A DNA stretch of 37,995 nt from a virus: IMG/VR virus record IMGVR_UViG_3300011266_000026. One strand, given 5' to 3'. The notes beneath the pieces were generated by a model. That model was not told where the DNA came from and did no database searches. It saw only the letters and a program-made list of their open reading frames with translations. A program made the translations under genes and the position numbers. Within the stretch, counting starts at the first letter, position 1. Each line of letters starts with the position of its first letter. Shown here piece after piece: positions 7,463-16,772 of the stretch.

Positions 7463-7975
7463 ATGAAAACAACATTGAACGAAACCAAAACAGAAATAAT
7501 CCCTTTCCCGTCTCACGTCAAAACCCCCGCTCCTAATCCCGATGTTTCGTCAATTTCTCGCGAACTCGTTGACATGGCCAGAGACCTTAACAATGTCTAT
7601 GCCAGTGCGGGCAATGTTCACAAATTCGTCCGCACTCATTACGTTGACACTGCATCGGGTGTCTATGGCATTGAAAGCTTAATTGCTCAAATCCTCCGTG
7701 ACAATGGAGCGGTAAACCCTGAAGGAATTGAAAAAACAGAATTCCGCAAAGTCGCTATTGCTACAAGTATGTATGCCAGTGACATAATTGCCGCAGTACA
7801 AGCGGCAAACGGAAATGAGCGTTACCCATACGCAACAATCCATAGCTATCTTTCCCACTTCATGACTAAAGCCAATAGCCAACACAAAATCGGCAAAATC
7901 AAATTGACAAATAGTGAAGATAGCTCCCGCAATTGTTGCAAACCCCGTACAAAATTCTATCTGATTGAAGCCTAA
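7463..7975 (+). CDS. hypothetical protein
   Basis: Internal ATG (MKTTLNETKTEIIPFP...) of ORF 7424..7975. Confidence 0.65.
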   Translation: MKTTLNETKTEIIPFPSHVKTPAPNPDVSSISRELVDMARDLNNVYASAGNVHKFVRTHYVDTASGVYGIESLIAQILRDNGAVNPEGIEKTEFRKVAIATSMYASDIIAAVQAANGNERYPYATIHSYLSHFMTKANSQHKIGKIKLTNSEDSSRNCCKPRTKFYLIEA

Positions 7976-8044
7976 AACCCTTTAACAATCGCCAAGGGTT
8001 CAATCCCCTTGGCAATCCCTTAAAACCCTTTCAATCCTATTACT

Positions 8045-8374
8045 ATGAGCCAAAACACTATTCAAAATCTAAACGTTGAATTGCCAGCCAATCAGGATAT
8101 TCCGGAAACCGATATTGAAACCTTTAACTTGGAGCTAGAACCCTCGGCAACCCCTCATAAATGGACAAAGGAAAGCTTTTCCTCCTATCGTTCTAAACTT
8201 CGCTTGCTCAGTAAAATTCACAACGATATTGCCGACAAAGTAAACCAAAAACGCCAAGCCGCTTTCGAAGCATTCTTTAGGCCAGAAGATACTTTTATTC
8301 CCGAAACTAAACAAACAGATCTTGCTGGCATGATGATTGCTAGTCTAGCAAATCGTATTCCATCCACCCATTAG
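8045..8374 (+). CDS. hypothetical protein (109 aa)
   Basis: ORF, low overlap with others. Confidence 0.6.
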   Translation: MSQNTIQNLNVELPANQDIPETDIETFNLELEPSATPHKWTKESFSSYRSKLRLLSKIHNDIADKVNQKRQAAFEAFFRPEDTFIPETKQTDLAGMMIASLANRIPSTH

Positions 8375-8403
8375 CAATCCCTATACCAATCCCCTACCTA
8401 CCC

Positions 8404-8421
8404 ACCCCTATAGGTAGGGGT
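8404..8421. repeat. short perfect hairpin ACCCCTA-TAGG-TAGGGGT
   Basis: 7-bp arms, 4-nt loop, in the convergent intergenic region. Confidence 0.6.
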
Positions 8422-8674
8422 ATGCTTCTGAATAGGCCCAAAATAGACCCCCACCACCCCCGCCCCCTACCTGTTTAACATACGGACCTACTTTTTCATA
8501 AAGATCGATACGTATATACGTTTTTATTATTTATCTGATATATCTGACGATATATGTGGTAATGTATGGTATAGCTGATATTAAGGATTTTCTGGTATTG
8601 GATTTTTGTTGGAAAGGAGTGGAAACAAAAAAATTCCGGAAAAAGTAAAAAATATAGAAGACTTTTACATTATT

Positions 8675-8941
8675 TTAATCTTCGTCTTCTGAGTAATAGC
8701 GTTTAATTTCTTCATGGGAGTCTAATGAAGGAGTATATGGTATTGGGTTATCACGAACTTTGGGGGCTGGAGGGAATACGATGTCACGAGGGTCTACGTA
8801 TTTAATGGGGCAGTCTATTTCAGAGTCTTTTGGGACAGTAACAATGTGTTTACAGGTTGGGCATCGGAAAGAGAAAAAACTGGCATAAGAGTCAGTTTGC
8901 AACATTTGGGAACAATGTTTACATTTAAAGATGATGGTCAT
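8675..8941 (-). CDS. small zinc-ribbon protein
   Basis: CKHC...CPTC pair. Confidence 0.7.
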   Translation of the reverse strand: MTIIFKCKHCSQMLQTDSYASFFSFRCPTCKHIVTVPKDSEIDCPIKYVDPRDIVFPPAPKVRDNPIPYTPSLDSHEEIKRYYSEDED

Positions 8942-9414
8942 AATAGTTTAGATTTCAGAATTTGTTCAACTTGAGTGATATTGGCTTTTCCTTTGGTTTC
9001 TTTCATTACTTGTCCCTTTAGATGATTAAGGGAAGCAATCTTTCCTTTTTTATAATCGGAAACAGACTTGGGGTTATCAGCGATGATTTTATTGCAAATG
9101 GACTCTAGTTCGGAGGCATCGGAAAGAATTTCGCAAGGAAAGATGGTTTGGAGTTCTGCAAAGGTAACACATGGGTAATATTGGTTACAATCGACATGTA
9201 ATTCTACAAGTTTTTTAATATAAGACCAAGGATATTTTTTATTTAGTGCGGTTTGTATAAATTGTCCTAGATCGGAAGGGAACATTAGATAATAATCCTT
9301 TTGGGGATTATCTTTTAGAATTGGACATAAAAGTTGTATAATAACTTTTGCTAGGTATCTGCAAAAGTCAAAGTATTGTATATCTAAGGTATTTTCTTTA
9401 TTATCACAATTCAT
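8938..9414 (-). CDS. hypothetical protein (158 aa)
   Basis: ORF, ATGA overlap with the neighbouring gene. Confidence 0.65.
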   Translation of the reverse strand: MNCDNKENTLDIQYFDFCRYLAKVIIQLLCPILKDNPQKDYYLMFPSDLGQFIQTALNKKYPWSYIKKLVELHVDCNQYYPCVTFAELQTIFPCEILSDASELESICNKIIADNPKSVSDYKKGKIASLNHLKGQVMKETKGKANITQVEQILKSKLL

Positions 9415-9427
9415 ATTTCATACGTAT

Positions 9428-9604
9428 TCATGTATTTTGTGGTATAATTTCTCGTTTAGCAATGATGTCGTAGTCATGATTATTATATGTTTGGATATGA
9501 ATAACTTCCCATCCATATTTTCCAATATCATTGGTAATTTGATTACATACTAATTCAAGTGAGGTTGCATAGAAGTAAAACTTTTTATATTCAAATTGTT
9601 TCAT
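9428..9604 (-). CDS. small DUF4177-like protein (58 aa), absent from the supplied ORF track
   Basis: MKQFEYKKFYFYATSLELVCNQITNDIGKYGWEVIHIQTYNNHDYDIIAKREIIPQNT*; GWEVI core; start overlaps the stop of the upstream gene. Confidence 0.6.
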   Translation of the reverse strand: MKQFEYKKFYFYATSLELVCNQITNDIGKYGWEVIHIQTYNNHDYDIIAKREIIPQNT

Positions 9605-9918
9605 TATTGGGAAGGAAGTATAGTTATTTGTTTTTTGGCTATTATTTTACTGATATATTCATCCATTTGTTTGATGAATTCTGGGTCATTATCACGTTTA
9701 TGGATTGCCGCCATAAAGTCTTCTTGAGACATTGAAGCGGGAGCTTGAAAGCCGCAGTGGGTGCAGGGGAGCGTTAATTTGGATGGACGCCAGTGTCCTT
9801 GTTTATCTTGATTAGGCGCATATCCATTATAGTGACCTATACCACATTTAATGCAGGTGAAGCCGCCACCGAGAGGGACTCGGTATTTTTTATGTTTTGC
9901 ATTTTTCATTATAGGCAC
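9604..9918 (-). CDS. small zinc-binding protein
   Basis: CIKC...CTHC motifs. Confidence 0.65.
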   Translation of the reverse strand: MPIMKNAKHKKYRVPLGGGFTCIKCGIGHYNGYAPNQDKQGHWRPSKLTLPCTHCGFQAPASMSQEDFMAAIHKRDNDPEFIKQMDEYISKIIAKKQITILPSQ

Positions 9919-10363
9919 ATTCCGTTAAAAAACGGTCTAAATCATGTACGAATGTATCTTCATCATAGGGATGATAGAATGGGAAATATGGGCCAAATGT
10001 TTTATCTTTATTATTTGTATAAGAATTAAGGTGATATGAATATGAACCTTCATGACCTGTTTGTCCATCATGGCATTCGGAACAATTACATGGATTATAT
10101 TCACATTCGGCGATGAATGTTGTACAGAATTTTTTGTTTAGGTAGAGATCTATTGCTAAAGTTTTTGGGTGAAATTTGAGAGTTATTTTGAAATTATTGA
10201 TAATTTGCCCGTTGAAGGGGTGTATCATTTCGATAAATTTGTGGTATAGTATTTTACATTCATTTCGATTGTATTGTTGTTGTTCTTTAGCTTTTTTTAG
10301 TTCTGCCAATTGTTTTTCGGATTGTTCTTTTTTTAAAGCTTTAAATTTTTCTAATGTATTCAT
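9890..10363 (-). CDS. hypothetical protein (157 aa) with Cys cluster
   Basis: CNPCNCSECHDG. Confidence 0.6.
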   Translation of the reverse strand: MNTLEKFKALKKEQSEKQLAELKKAKEQQQYNRNECKILYHKFIEMIHPFNGQIINNFKITLKFHPKTLAIDLYLNKKFCTTFIAECEYNPCNCSECHDGQTGHEGSYSYHLNSYTNNKDKTFGPYFPFYHPYDEDTFVHDLDRFLTECAYNEKCKT

Positions 10364-10414
10364 AGAGAGTTTTTATATTTTTAAAAGTTATCGGCCTGAG
10401 CCTGCGGCAAAAGT

Positions 10415-10555
10415 TTATTTTAGTATCCACAAGAGAAAGCGTTTTAGTTGAAAATCTATTTTTTCTATTATATTCGTCAGGATACCGAGCAACTGTGGAA
10501 AGATTAATATGATGAAACAAAAAATACCAACAATAATATAAAGGTAAAATTTCAT
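10415..10555 (-). CDS. small single-pass membrane protein (46 aa), absent from the ORF track
   Basis: MKFYLYIIVGIFCFIILIFPQLLGILTNIIEKIDFQLKRFLLWILK*. Confidence 0.5.
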   Translation of the reverse strand: MKFYLYIIVGIFCFIILIFPQLLGILTNIIEKIDFQLKRFLLWILK

Positions 10556-10582
10556 TATAATTCCAAAGTTTTAATTGTAATC

Positions 10583-10999
10583 TTATTGTTTCCCATTACC
10601 ACCACAATCCATGCAAGTTAGGGTATAGGTTTCTCCATCCCATCCTGTGCCATGGCAAGTCATACATATATTTTTGTTTTGTTCATCCCATATAGGTTGA
10701 AGTATTGAACGCCAGTAATCAGTTGCGGGGTGATTGCAAGAGAATGACAAACTATCCTTTTTGTTAGAGGAATAATCCATAAGGCGTAATCCAATATATT
10801 TACCATGGTAGGTTAGAACTGTAGTGTTGGGAGCGGTGGCATGATATATTTCGTGAAACGTTTTCATGTTCGGAAATGTTTCCATGTCAAATTTCAACAA
10901 GAACTGTGGCAACAAAAGAACATTGGTTACGCCACCATAATTAAGTTTATTGATAACAACACCCGCCTTCAACAAAGCCCATTTTTCGTCTTTAGTCAT
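10583..10999 (-). CDS. hypothetical protein with DnaJ-type zinc-finger-like C-terminus
   Basis: CMTCHGTGWDGETYTLTCMDCGGNG resembles CxxCxGxG repeats. Confidence 0.6.
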   Translation of the reverse strand: MTKDEKWALLKAGVVINKLNYGGVTNVLLLPQFLLKFDMETFPNMKTFHEIYHATAPNTTVLTYHGKYIGLRLMDYSSNKKDSLSFSCNHPATDYWRSILQPIWDEQNKNICMTCHGTGWDGETYTLTCMDCGGNGKQ

Positions 11000-11016
11000 C
11001 GGATTTTATCGAATGA

Positions 11017-11406
11017 TTATTGTAATGCCCAAATATCTTCTGCGGTGATATAAACATGTTCGTCAGTAGAATATTTGGTTAGACTGAGAACTTTTTTAGC
11101 AATTGTTTCTTGATTTGAACATACAAAATTACACCAGTCGTATTCACTTGTACCGAACACACTATCTTTTGTTTTTAATTCTTTAATAGCGTCTTCTTCT
11201 GAGAGATAGATGGGAGGATATTTAAATAAACGTTGCCAGAAGGAACGTTGGTCTTCTTTCATTAAGGCACGGACCTTTTTTTGAAAGCATTCTTTCCTAT
11301 AATCTTGAATTCTGAGTATAGTTTTTGTTGCCATTTCTATAGCAACAGATTTTTCCAATCTGGTAAATGATTTAGAAATATTGTCGTTCATATAATGAAT
11401 TTCCAT
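11017..11406 (-). CDS. hypothetical protein
   Basis: Internal start (MEIHYMNDNIS...) of ORF 11017..11502. Confidence 0.5.
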   Translation of the reverse strand: MEIHYMNDNISKSFTRLEKSVAIEMATKTILRIQDYRKECFQKKVRALMKEDQRSFWQRLFKYPPIYLSEEDAIKELKTKDSVFGTSEYDWCNFVCSNQETIAKKVLSLTKYSTDEHVYITAEDIWALQ

Positions 11407-11407
11407 A

Positions 11408-11590
11408 TTAATATAAGATGTTTTGTAGTTTCCAATAACAATCTTTATGAAAGTGCCATGTTTGCCAATCCGGTGCTTGAGGATGGGTAGTAATAGTAGC
11501 ACCTTTTTGTTTGCAGAACCAACATATTTTATTGTTATTCTGTTTGGATTTTGTTTTTAATTTGCTCATACTATTTGGCATCCTTAACAA
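11408..11590 (-). CDS. small zinc-finger-like protein
   Basis: CWFCKQKG...HFHKDCYW. Confidence 0.5.
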   Translation of the reverse strand: MLRMPNSMSKLKTKSKQNNNKICWFCKQKGATITTHPQAPDWQTWHFHKDCYWKLQNILY

Positions 11591-11944
11591 TTATGGTCCT
11601 GTATCTGGGCTTCTTTGTGGATCATATTTAGAAATTTCCAGTTTTAATGTGTCATAAATAATGCCATAGCAAGCATGACATAGATGGAATTTTTTTACCA
11701 TCATGAGTTCTCGGGTTGTTTCTTTTGGTGGAGAAAACAATATTGCCGCAGGACTGGTAATTTGTTTATGACAAGCGTTACAATAAATTTCAAATCCGTT
11801 AGATTTTATTATAGAGGGTGGTTCAGGGAGTAGATAAGCTGGATTTTTGTCACATCCCCACGCTTCATGATATGATATGTTATCATGGGTTTGTCCACAA
11901 AATTTACATATTCCTCTACCACCACATTTATTTCCAAAATTCAT
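11591..11944 (-). CDS. small Cys-rich zinc-binding protein (117 aa)
   Basis: CKFC, CNAC, CHAC motifs. Confidence 0.65.
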   Translation of the reverse strand: MNFGNKCGGRGICKFCGQTHDNISYHEAWGCDKNPAYLLPEPPSIIKSNGFEIYCNACHKQITSPAAILFSPPKETTRELMMVKKFHLCHACYGIIYDTLKLEISKYDPQRSPDTGP

Positions 11945-12083
11945 GTAAAACCTCTATTAAAACAAATCCACCCATAAATCCTATGACGCAAACTATTGTA
12001 ATTATAGCGTGCTTATTACATAGATGCCAATTAAAAATTGGATGATAATGTTTGGCTTCTTTGTCACAGAAATGGCATTTCAT
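11928..12083 (-). CDS. small CxxC protein with TM segment (51 aa), absent from the ORF track
   Basis: MKCHFCDKEAKHYHPIFNWHLCNKHAIITIVCVIGFMGGFVLIEVLHEFWK*. Confidence 0.5.
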   Translation of the reverse strand: MKCHFCDKEAKHYHPIFNWHLCNKHAIITIVCVIGFMGGFVLIEVLHEFWK

Positions 12084-12472
12084 CTAAATTTCCTTATATT
12101 CTTTTTTGTCATCGGATTGGTATATTCCATTACTTTACCATCTACAATTTCATTGCAATTATCGTAATGATAGTCTTGGGCATCCTCTTCGTATTTAATA
12201 ATATATCTATATTGCCCATTTGCTAACCTTGAAACTTTATGGATTTTTCCTTCTATCCAATCGTGTTTTAATGAAAACCGAAATAAAACTTTTTCGCCCG
12301 TGCGGAATTCCTGTTTCTCGTCTTGGTATTTTTTAAAGGCTTTGATATACTGCGGCTTTAAATCTTGAATTATTTTGTCTATTGTTGGTGGAGTTTCAAG
12401 AGTTTGATCAACAAGCCATTCATAAAGATATTTAAAATCAATGTTTTTTAATTCAATTTTCATTTCTTGCAA
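12080..12472 (-). CDS. hypothetical protein (130 aa)
   Basis: ORF. Confidence 0.65.
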   Translation of the reverse strand: MQEMKIELKNIDFKYLYEWLVDQTLETPPTIDKIIQDLKPQYIKAFKKYQDEKQEFRTGEKVLFRFSLKHDWIEGKIHKVSRLANGQYRYIIKYEEDAQDYHYDNCNEIVDGKVMEYTNPMTKKNIRKFR

Positions 12473-12516
12473 TTGATATTTTGTCTAGGGATTTAGAGTA
12501 TTTTTTACATTTCATA

Positions 12517-12693
12517 TTAAAAGATAACAGGAATGACTCCATTTCCATTAGGAACAAGAATGATATTCACTCCATCTTTTTCTTGAAGACTAGTTGGTTC
12601 AAAATGAGTTTTAATTAACACAAAAGCTATTAAGGATGCTGCAAGAATAACAAATATAACATCTTTGATGAAATATATGTATTTATTTTTCAT
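12517..12693 (-). CDS. small membrane protein (58 aa), absent from the ORF track
   Basis: MKNKYIYFIKDVIFVILAASLIAFVLIKTHFEPTSLQEKDGVNIILVPNGNGVIPVIF*. Confidence 0.5.
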   Translation of the reverse strand: MKNKYIYFIKDVIFVILAASLIAFVLIKTHFEPTSLQEKDGVNIILVPNGNGVIPVIF

Positions 12694-12698
12694 TTATT

Positions 12699-12884
12699 TT
12701 ATTCTCTCCACCATCCAAAATTTTTAGCTAAAGTAATAGCAAATGAAATGGAAAAAACAACTAATCCAGTAACAATCAGTATTAATACAATAACTTGTGT
12801 AAAGTTAGCTACCAAAAATGCCCCAAAAGCTATTACTAATAGTATTCCAATTATAACTAAAGCATTATGCAAATATTTATTCAT
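12699..12884 (-). CDS. small two-TM membrane protein
   Basis: Hydrophobic segments. Confidence 0.55.
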   Translation of the reverse strand: MNKYLHNALVIIGILLVIAFGAFLVANFTQVIVLILIVTGLVVFSISFAITLAKNFGWWRE

Positions 12885-12887
12885 ATT

Positions 12888-13085
12888 TTATAAAGTCTCC
12901 ATTTTAGCAACCAATTTGTCTATCATATCACACGTAGTTAATCCATATTCTCCATCATTAGTAATGATTTTAATTGCTTCTTGAAGAGCTTCTTTTTGTA
13001 TATCTTTGTATGTGACTTCATCCAATACAACAGTGCCATCAGACATATCAATTTTATCTTTGAATTTTTGATAAAATGTTCTCAT
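12888..13085 (-). CDS. hypothetical protein (65 aa)
   Basis: ORF, stop/start overlap. Confidence 0.55.
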   Translation of the reverse strand: MRTFYQKFKDKIDMSDGTVVLDEVTYKDIQKEALQEAIKIITNDGEYGLTTCDMIDKLVAKMETL

Positions 13086-13354
13086 CTTGTTTGCTTGATA
13101 ATTTTTTGTTTAAGCCAGTAAAGAAGACAAGCATCAGGAATGGGCCACAATGGTCCATCTGGATTTTTGGGATTATTATAGATCGCAAATTCCGCAGCAA
13201 TCTGTGCTCCTTCATCTTCAGAGAATAGATTTATAAATTCTTCAGGCAAGTCATTACAACCAGCATTAGCGTAATATTCATCTAACTCATTGAAAAACAT
13301 ATCCAATAATTTCAATTGCTTTTCAGTAAGTGTTATAGTATGAGTTTTTGTCAT
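13082..13354 (-). CDS. hypothetical protein (90 aa)
   Basis: ORF. Confidence 0.6.
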   Translation of the reverse strand: MTKTHTITLTEKQLKLLDMFFNELDEYYANAGCNDLPEEFINLFSEDEGAQIAAEFAIYNNPKNPDGPLWPIPDACLLYWLKQKIIKQTR

Positions 13355-13360
13355 ATAATG

Positions 13361-13663
13361 TTAGGAAATCAACCAGTTAGCACATTTGGTAATCAATTTA
13401 GTGATATATTTTTTGATACATTCACAAATTGGCATTATAACATAGAACCCTAATAAACCAATCAATGCTACACCCATTATAAGCATAAGTGATACTGGTC
13501 CTACACATAATACAAGAGTCGCAAAGAATAGAAGTTTTTTTGATGGAGATTTAATTTGAACCATGAATGTTTCCAATGATCCAAGGAAATCCAATATGCA
13601 AAATAGGAAAATTACTCCAACAACTGACCATCCGATTAATAAATATGAAAAAATAGTATTCAT
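13361..13663 (-). CDS. membrane protein (100 aa)
   Basis: Multiple hydrophobic segments. Confidence 0.6.
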   Translation of the reverse strand: MNTIFSYLLIGWSVVGVIFLFCILDFLGSLETFMVQIKSPSKKLLFFATLVLCVGPVSLMLIMGVALIGLLGFYVIMPICECIKKYITKLITKCANWLIS

Positions 13664-13679
13664 AGATTTAAGAGTGAAA

Positions 13680-14219
13680 TCATTCCATTGTTTTGATTAA
13701 GTACTTCTCTACACAATTTGCCGCAGTGAATATGATGAATTCAAGAATAAAAAATAAAATTACTATCAGAATTCCGATTGACCATGCCAATGGTCCAATT
13801 AGTAATAAAATAAATAATGAAAATAGAATTCGTTTTTTAGTGGAAGGTATTTCTTTAAATGAATGAACCAGATTAAATCCACGTAATAGTGAAACAAAGG
13901 TTATGATTATTCCTATCCACGACCATAATATAAGTAATCTCATTAAAATATTCATTTTTGTACAGGTTGGGTTGATTTTTTTGGATTTATTCTTTTTAGA
14001 AGGGAACGCAAATGAATATAATCCCGCTAATATCACAACAATAATTAATACTCCTCCAATGAGGGGCCAAAAAATTAATAATAATAGAAGCAATACAAAA
14101 ATATCATCGCCAAAATCACGTTCAAAGTCTTCTTTGGAAACAAACGAGAAATATCTGTTTAGGATTGCAAATACAACCGGAATTACAAAAATTCCATAAA
14201 ACCATATGGTGAATATCAT
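13680..14219 (-). CDS. multi-pass membrane protein (179 aa)
   Basis: Multiple hydrophobic segments. Confidence 0.65.
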   Translation of the reverse strand: MIFTIWFYGIFVIPVVFAILNRYFSFVSKEDFERDFGDDIFVLLLLLLIFWPLIGGVLIIVVILAGLYSFAFPSKKNKSKKINPTCTKMNILMRLLILWSWIGIIITFVSLLRGFNLVHSFKEIPSTKKRILFSLFILLLIGPLAWSIGILIVILFFILEFIIFTAANCVEKYLIKTME

Positions 14220-14221
14220 AG

Positions 14222-14503
14222 TTATGTTAACTGTTCCATGTGAGCATCAGACTTCAAAACAATAGAAGCCATGATTTCTTCAAATGAATTTATTGTTATT
14301 TTTTGAACATCCTGTGCTTGAAAATTAATAGATGTATCTGGATAGAACCTAAGACGGTAAATTATTAAATGGTTCTCCCAATCATGTGTAATTTCAAGAT
14401 TTCCATAAAACATTTGAACGACAGTTCCACGAATTGGAAGAGCAACTGAAACTGGTTTTCCTTCAAACTCGGAGAGTTGTCCTTCAACTTGTTCTATGTT
14501 CAT
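14222..14503 (-). CDS. hypothetical protein (93 aa)
   Basis: ORF. Confidence 0.6.
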   Translation of the reverse strand: MNIEQVEGQLSEFEGKPVSVALPIRGTVVQMFYGNLEITHDWENHLIIYRLRFYPDTSINFQAQDVQKITINSFEEIMASIVLKSDAHMEQLT

Positions 14504-14543
14504 AATTGAACTATAGAGAATATCATCTTGTTTGTCAAGGTTA

Positions 14544-15509
14544 TTATAAAATCTCTATGTTTGCTTTGTATTTGGCAAATTCTTCTAATGATTTTTTGGC
14601 GACGGTGGTATGGTGCCAGAATAAACCTTTTGAAATGGTATGCAGATCTTGGTGCATAATTCCCATCATTTTTTCTTGATGTTTAATGGTTACTTTCAAC
14701 TTTTCATTTTCTCTTCGTAAACGATTTCCTTCTTCAAGACTATTGGAAAAATTAAATTCTACAATTTCACGATCTTTATTAGCCTTAGCTAAATTCTCAA
14801 TGGTTTGTGTAAGGATCGCTTTCTTCATTGTAAGTTCATTCTCTACCTTTTGAAGATCATTTTCTACATGTTCTACATTGGAAGTGATGCGGTCAATAAT
14901 TCCTTCAGCCGCCTCTAATTTGCAAGCAGTACATTTTCCACACCGTATGTGAATACTATCTTTAGTTCGTTGAAATGGACATGCATAAGTATCCTGTAAA
15001 GATTTCAATTGTTCATTTTCATAATGTAATTGAATGCTCTTTTTGGCGAGATGTTCATTGTTTACTTTTTCTGCTTTAAGCAATGCTATTTCTTTCTCCA
15101 TGGCAGAATTTTTTTCCCGAAGCGTATCTGCTGTTGTTTTAGCTTCACGGATAAGTTTATTTTGTTCTTGAATGTGTTCGCAAGCATATTTACGATTACT
15201 TTCACATGTTTCCAAGTCTCGGGTAAGTTTAGTGATTATACGTTCGCGTTCCGCCAAAGTTGCGGTATGTTGTAGCTTTATATATTGAACTTCGGCGGAG
15301 AGTTTTTGATAGTTTTCAGAAAGTTTTGTATAGTCTAAAGATAGTCTTTGAATTTGTTCCTCTTTGTCATTCAATTTTAAATTTGCGTCTTCAAGCTTGT
15401 CTAATGCAAAATCTCGGTCTGCTTCGGCGTTAACACATGTATGTAGAAGGGTTTCCCACTGATAAAATGGAATAGCGTCGGGGTTATTTTCAGAATTTGA
15501 TGTTTTCAT
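14544..15509 (-). CDS. long coiled-coil protein with central CxxCxxC element (321 aa)
   Basis: Heptad-rich sequence; CGKCTACK. Confidence 0.75.
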   Translation of the reverse strand: MKTSNSENNPDAIPFYQWETLLHTCVNAEADRDFALDKLEDANLKLNDKEEQIQRLSLDYTKLSENYQKLSAEVQYIKLQHTATLAERERIITKLTRDLETCESNRKYACEHIQEQNKLIREAKTTADTLREKNSAMEKEIALLKAEKVNNEHLAKKSIQLHYENEQLKSLQDTYACPFQRTKDSIHIRCGKCTACKLEAAEGIIDRITSNVEHVENDLQKVENELTMKKAILTQTIENLAKANKDREIVEFNFSNSLEEGNRLRRENEKLKVTIKHQEKMMGIMHQDLHTISKGLFWHHTTVAKKSLEEFAKYKANIEIL

Positions 15510-15751
15510 GATTTACTTTGTTTCCATGGATTTTCTACGTCTAATGCTATGGGAGGTTGTGTTTGTCCACTTATGATGTAAACCCACAGGTTTCCAGTCC
15601 AGAGGAGTTTGAGTCGTTCTTTCCAAGTAAGGTTCCAACAGGAAATACAAAGCTTACCATCACAATAAACAGGAAGGGTTCCACAATTGTCTTCCATGCC
15701 TTTTGGTGCGAGAAGTTTCTTATTGGCTTGGGAAAATGTTATAGGTATCAT
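15506..15751 (-). CDS. small conserved phage-type protein
   Basis: PVYCDGKLCISCWNLTWKERLKLLWTGNLWV...TQPPIALDVENPW pattern, which I recall from phage genomes. Confidence 0.65.
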   Translation of the reverse strand: MIPITFSQANKKLLAPKGMEDNCGTLPVYCDGKLCISCWNLTWKERLKLLWTGNLWVYIISGQTQPPIALDVENPWKQSKS

Positions 15752-15975
15752 ATTTCGGTTTCTTTAATAATTTCAAGTTTACTTTGAGAAAATGTGCGGC
15801 GTTTTTCTGCTTCAATCATTAGGTCGTTAAGAGTTTCTTCTGCTTCACCTAATGTGAGTGGCCAACGCGAAAATCCCCAGCAACTTTCCCATCGATCCCA
15901 ATATAACGGAATAAACCCAAATGCATATTTACGTAGGTAATAGGTATTGTGTTTTTTTAAAAGTTGAATTTTCAT
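15748..15975 (-). CDS. hypothetical protein (75 aa)
   Basis: ORF. Confidence 0.6.
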   Translation of the reverse strand: MKIQLLKKHNTYYLRKYAFGFIPLYWDRWESCWGFSRWPLTLGEAEETLNDLMIEAEKRRTFSQSKLEIIKETEI

Positions 15976-15976
15976 A

Positions 15977-16582
15977 TTAATCAGTATAAGCTATATATTT
16001 GAATTTTCCGTTACCAAAGTATTCAAATCTTCCTCCGAATGTACCTTCTACAACTTTTCGTACCTCTTCCATAGTTGTACCTTCGGGGTAGACGCCTTCT
16101 TTAATCATAGAAAAGTGAGTATGTGAATAGTTTCTATAATCAATTTTGGTTGGGTCCAGTGGTCGTGGAGTAAACATTTTGTAAATATTGGTTGCAGAAT
16201 TATTAGCTGAACGAATGTCGGTTTCTATGCGTTCTAGGATTTCAGCAGCTCGAATTGCTACCGCTTCTGCTCCGCGATTATGTTCAGCGTGATGTCCTGC
16301 ACATTGTCTGAATTGTTTAGATTGGTCTTTTATGTAGTTCAAAACCTCAGCTAACAAGATATTGTCTATATCATTAATATTGACTACATAATCATTAATA
16401 ACGTCATCTTTTTCTTCCCAACCACATTCTGGACAGAAATTCCGTGGAGAAGTACATTCTCCACATGGAGGACAAATATGACAGGAACAGTTTTCTACAG
16501 GATGTGTAGCGATAATACCTTTGCAACTATTACGGTTGCAAATTTCTCTTTCTTCCATGCCATATTTGAGTTCTGTTTTCAT
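15977..16582 (-). CDS. hypothetical protein with N-terminal Cys cluster (201 aa)
   Basis: CNRNSC...CSCHICPPCGEC...CPEC. Confidence 0.7.
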   Translation of the reverse strand: MKTELKYGMEEREICNRNSCKGIIATHPVENCSCHICPPCGECTSPRNFCPECGWEEKDDVINDYVVNINDIDNILLAEVLNYIKDQSKQFRQCAGHHAEHNRGAEAVAIRAAEILERIETDIRSANNSATNIYKMFTPRPLDPTKIDYRNYSHTHFSMIKEGVYPEGTTMEEVRKVVEGTFGGRFEYFGNGKFKYIAYTD

Positions 16583-16764
16583 ATCAATACTGTTCCACTT
16601 GGATAATTGACTTGGAGTTTTGCTTTAAGTTTCTTAGCATTCTTCAAACAAATACTACAAACCTTCCAATTATCACTATCAAATGAGTCGGCAAACAACA
16701 TATACCCACGTCCTTCACATACGCCACAATTTTTATCTGGAAGAGCAGTTTTTGTTATTTTCAT
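16579..16764 (-). CDS. small zinc-binding protein
   Basis: CGVCEGRG...CSIC. Confidence 0.6.
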   Translation of the reverse strand: MKITKTALPDKNCGVCEGRGYMLFADSFDSDNWKVCSICLKNAKKLKAKLQVNYPSGTVLI

Positions 16765-16772
16765 ATTTAGAA

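Noticed and set aside
9428-9604. Suspected frameshifted DUF4177-like pseudogene or programmed frameshift
   Set aside because: The apparent shift came from my miscounting an A-run; re-reading shows one intact 58-aa frame.
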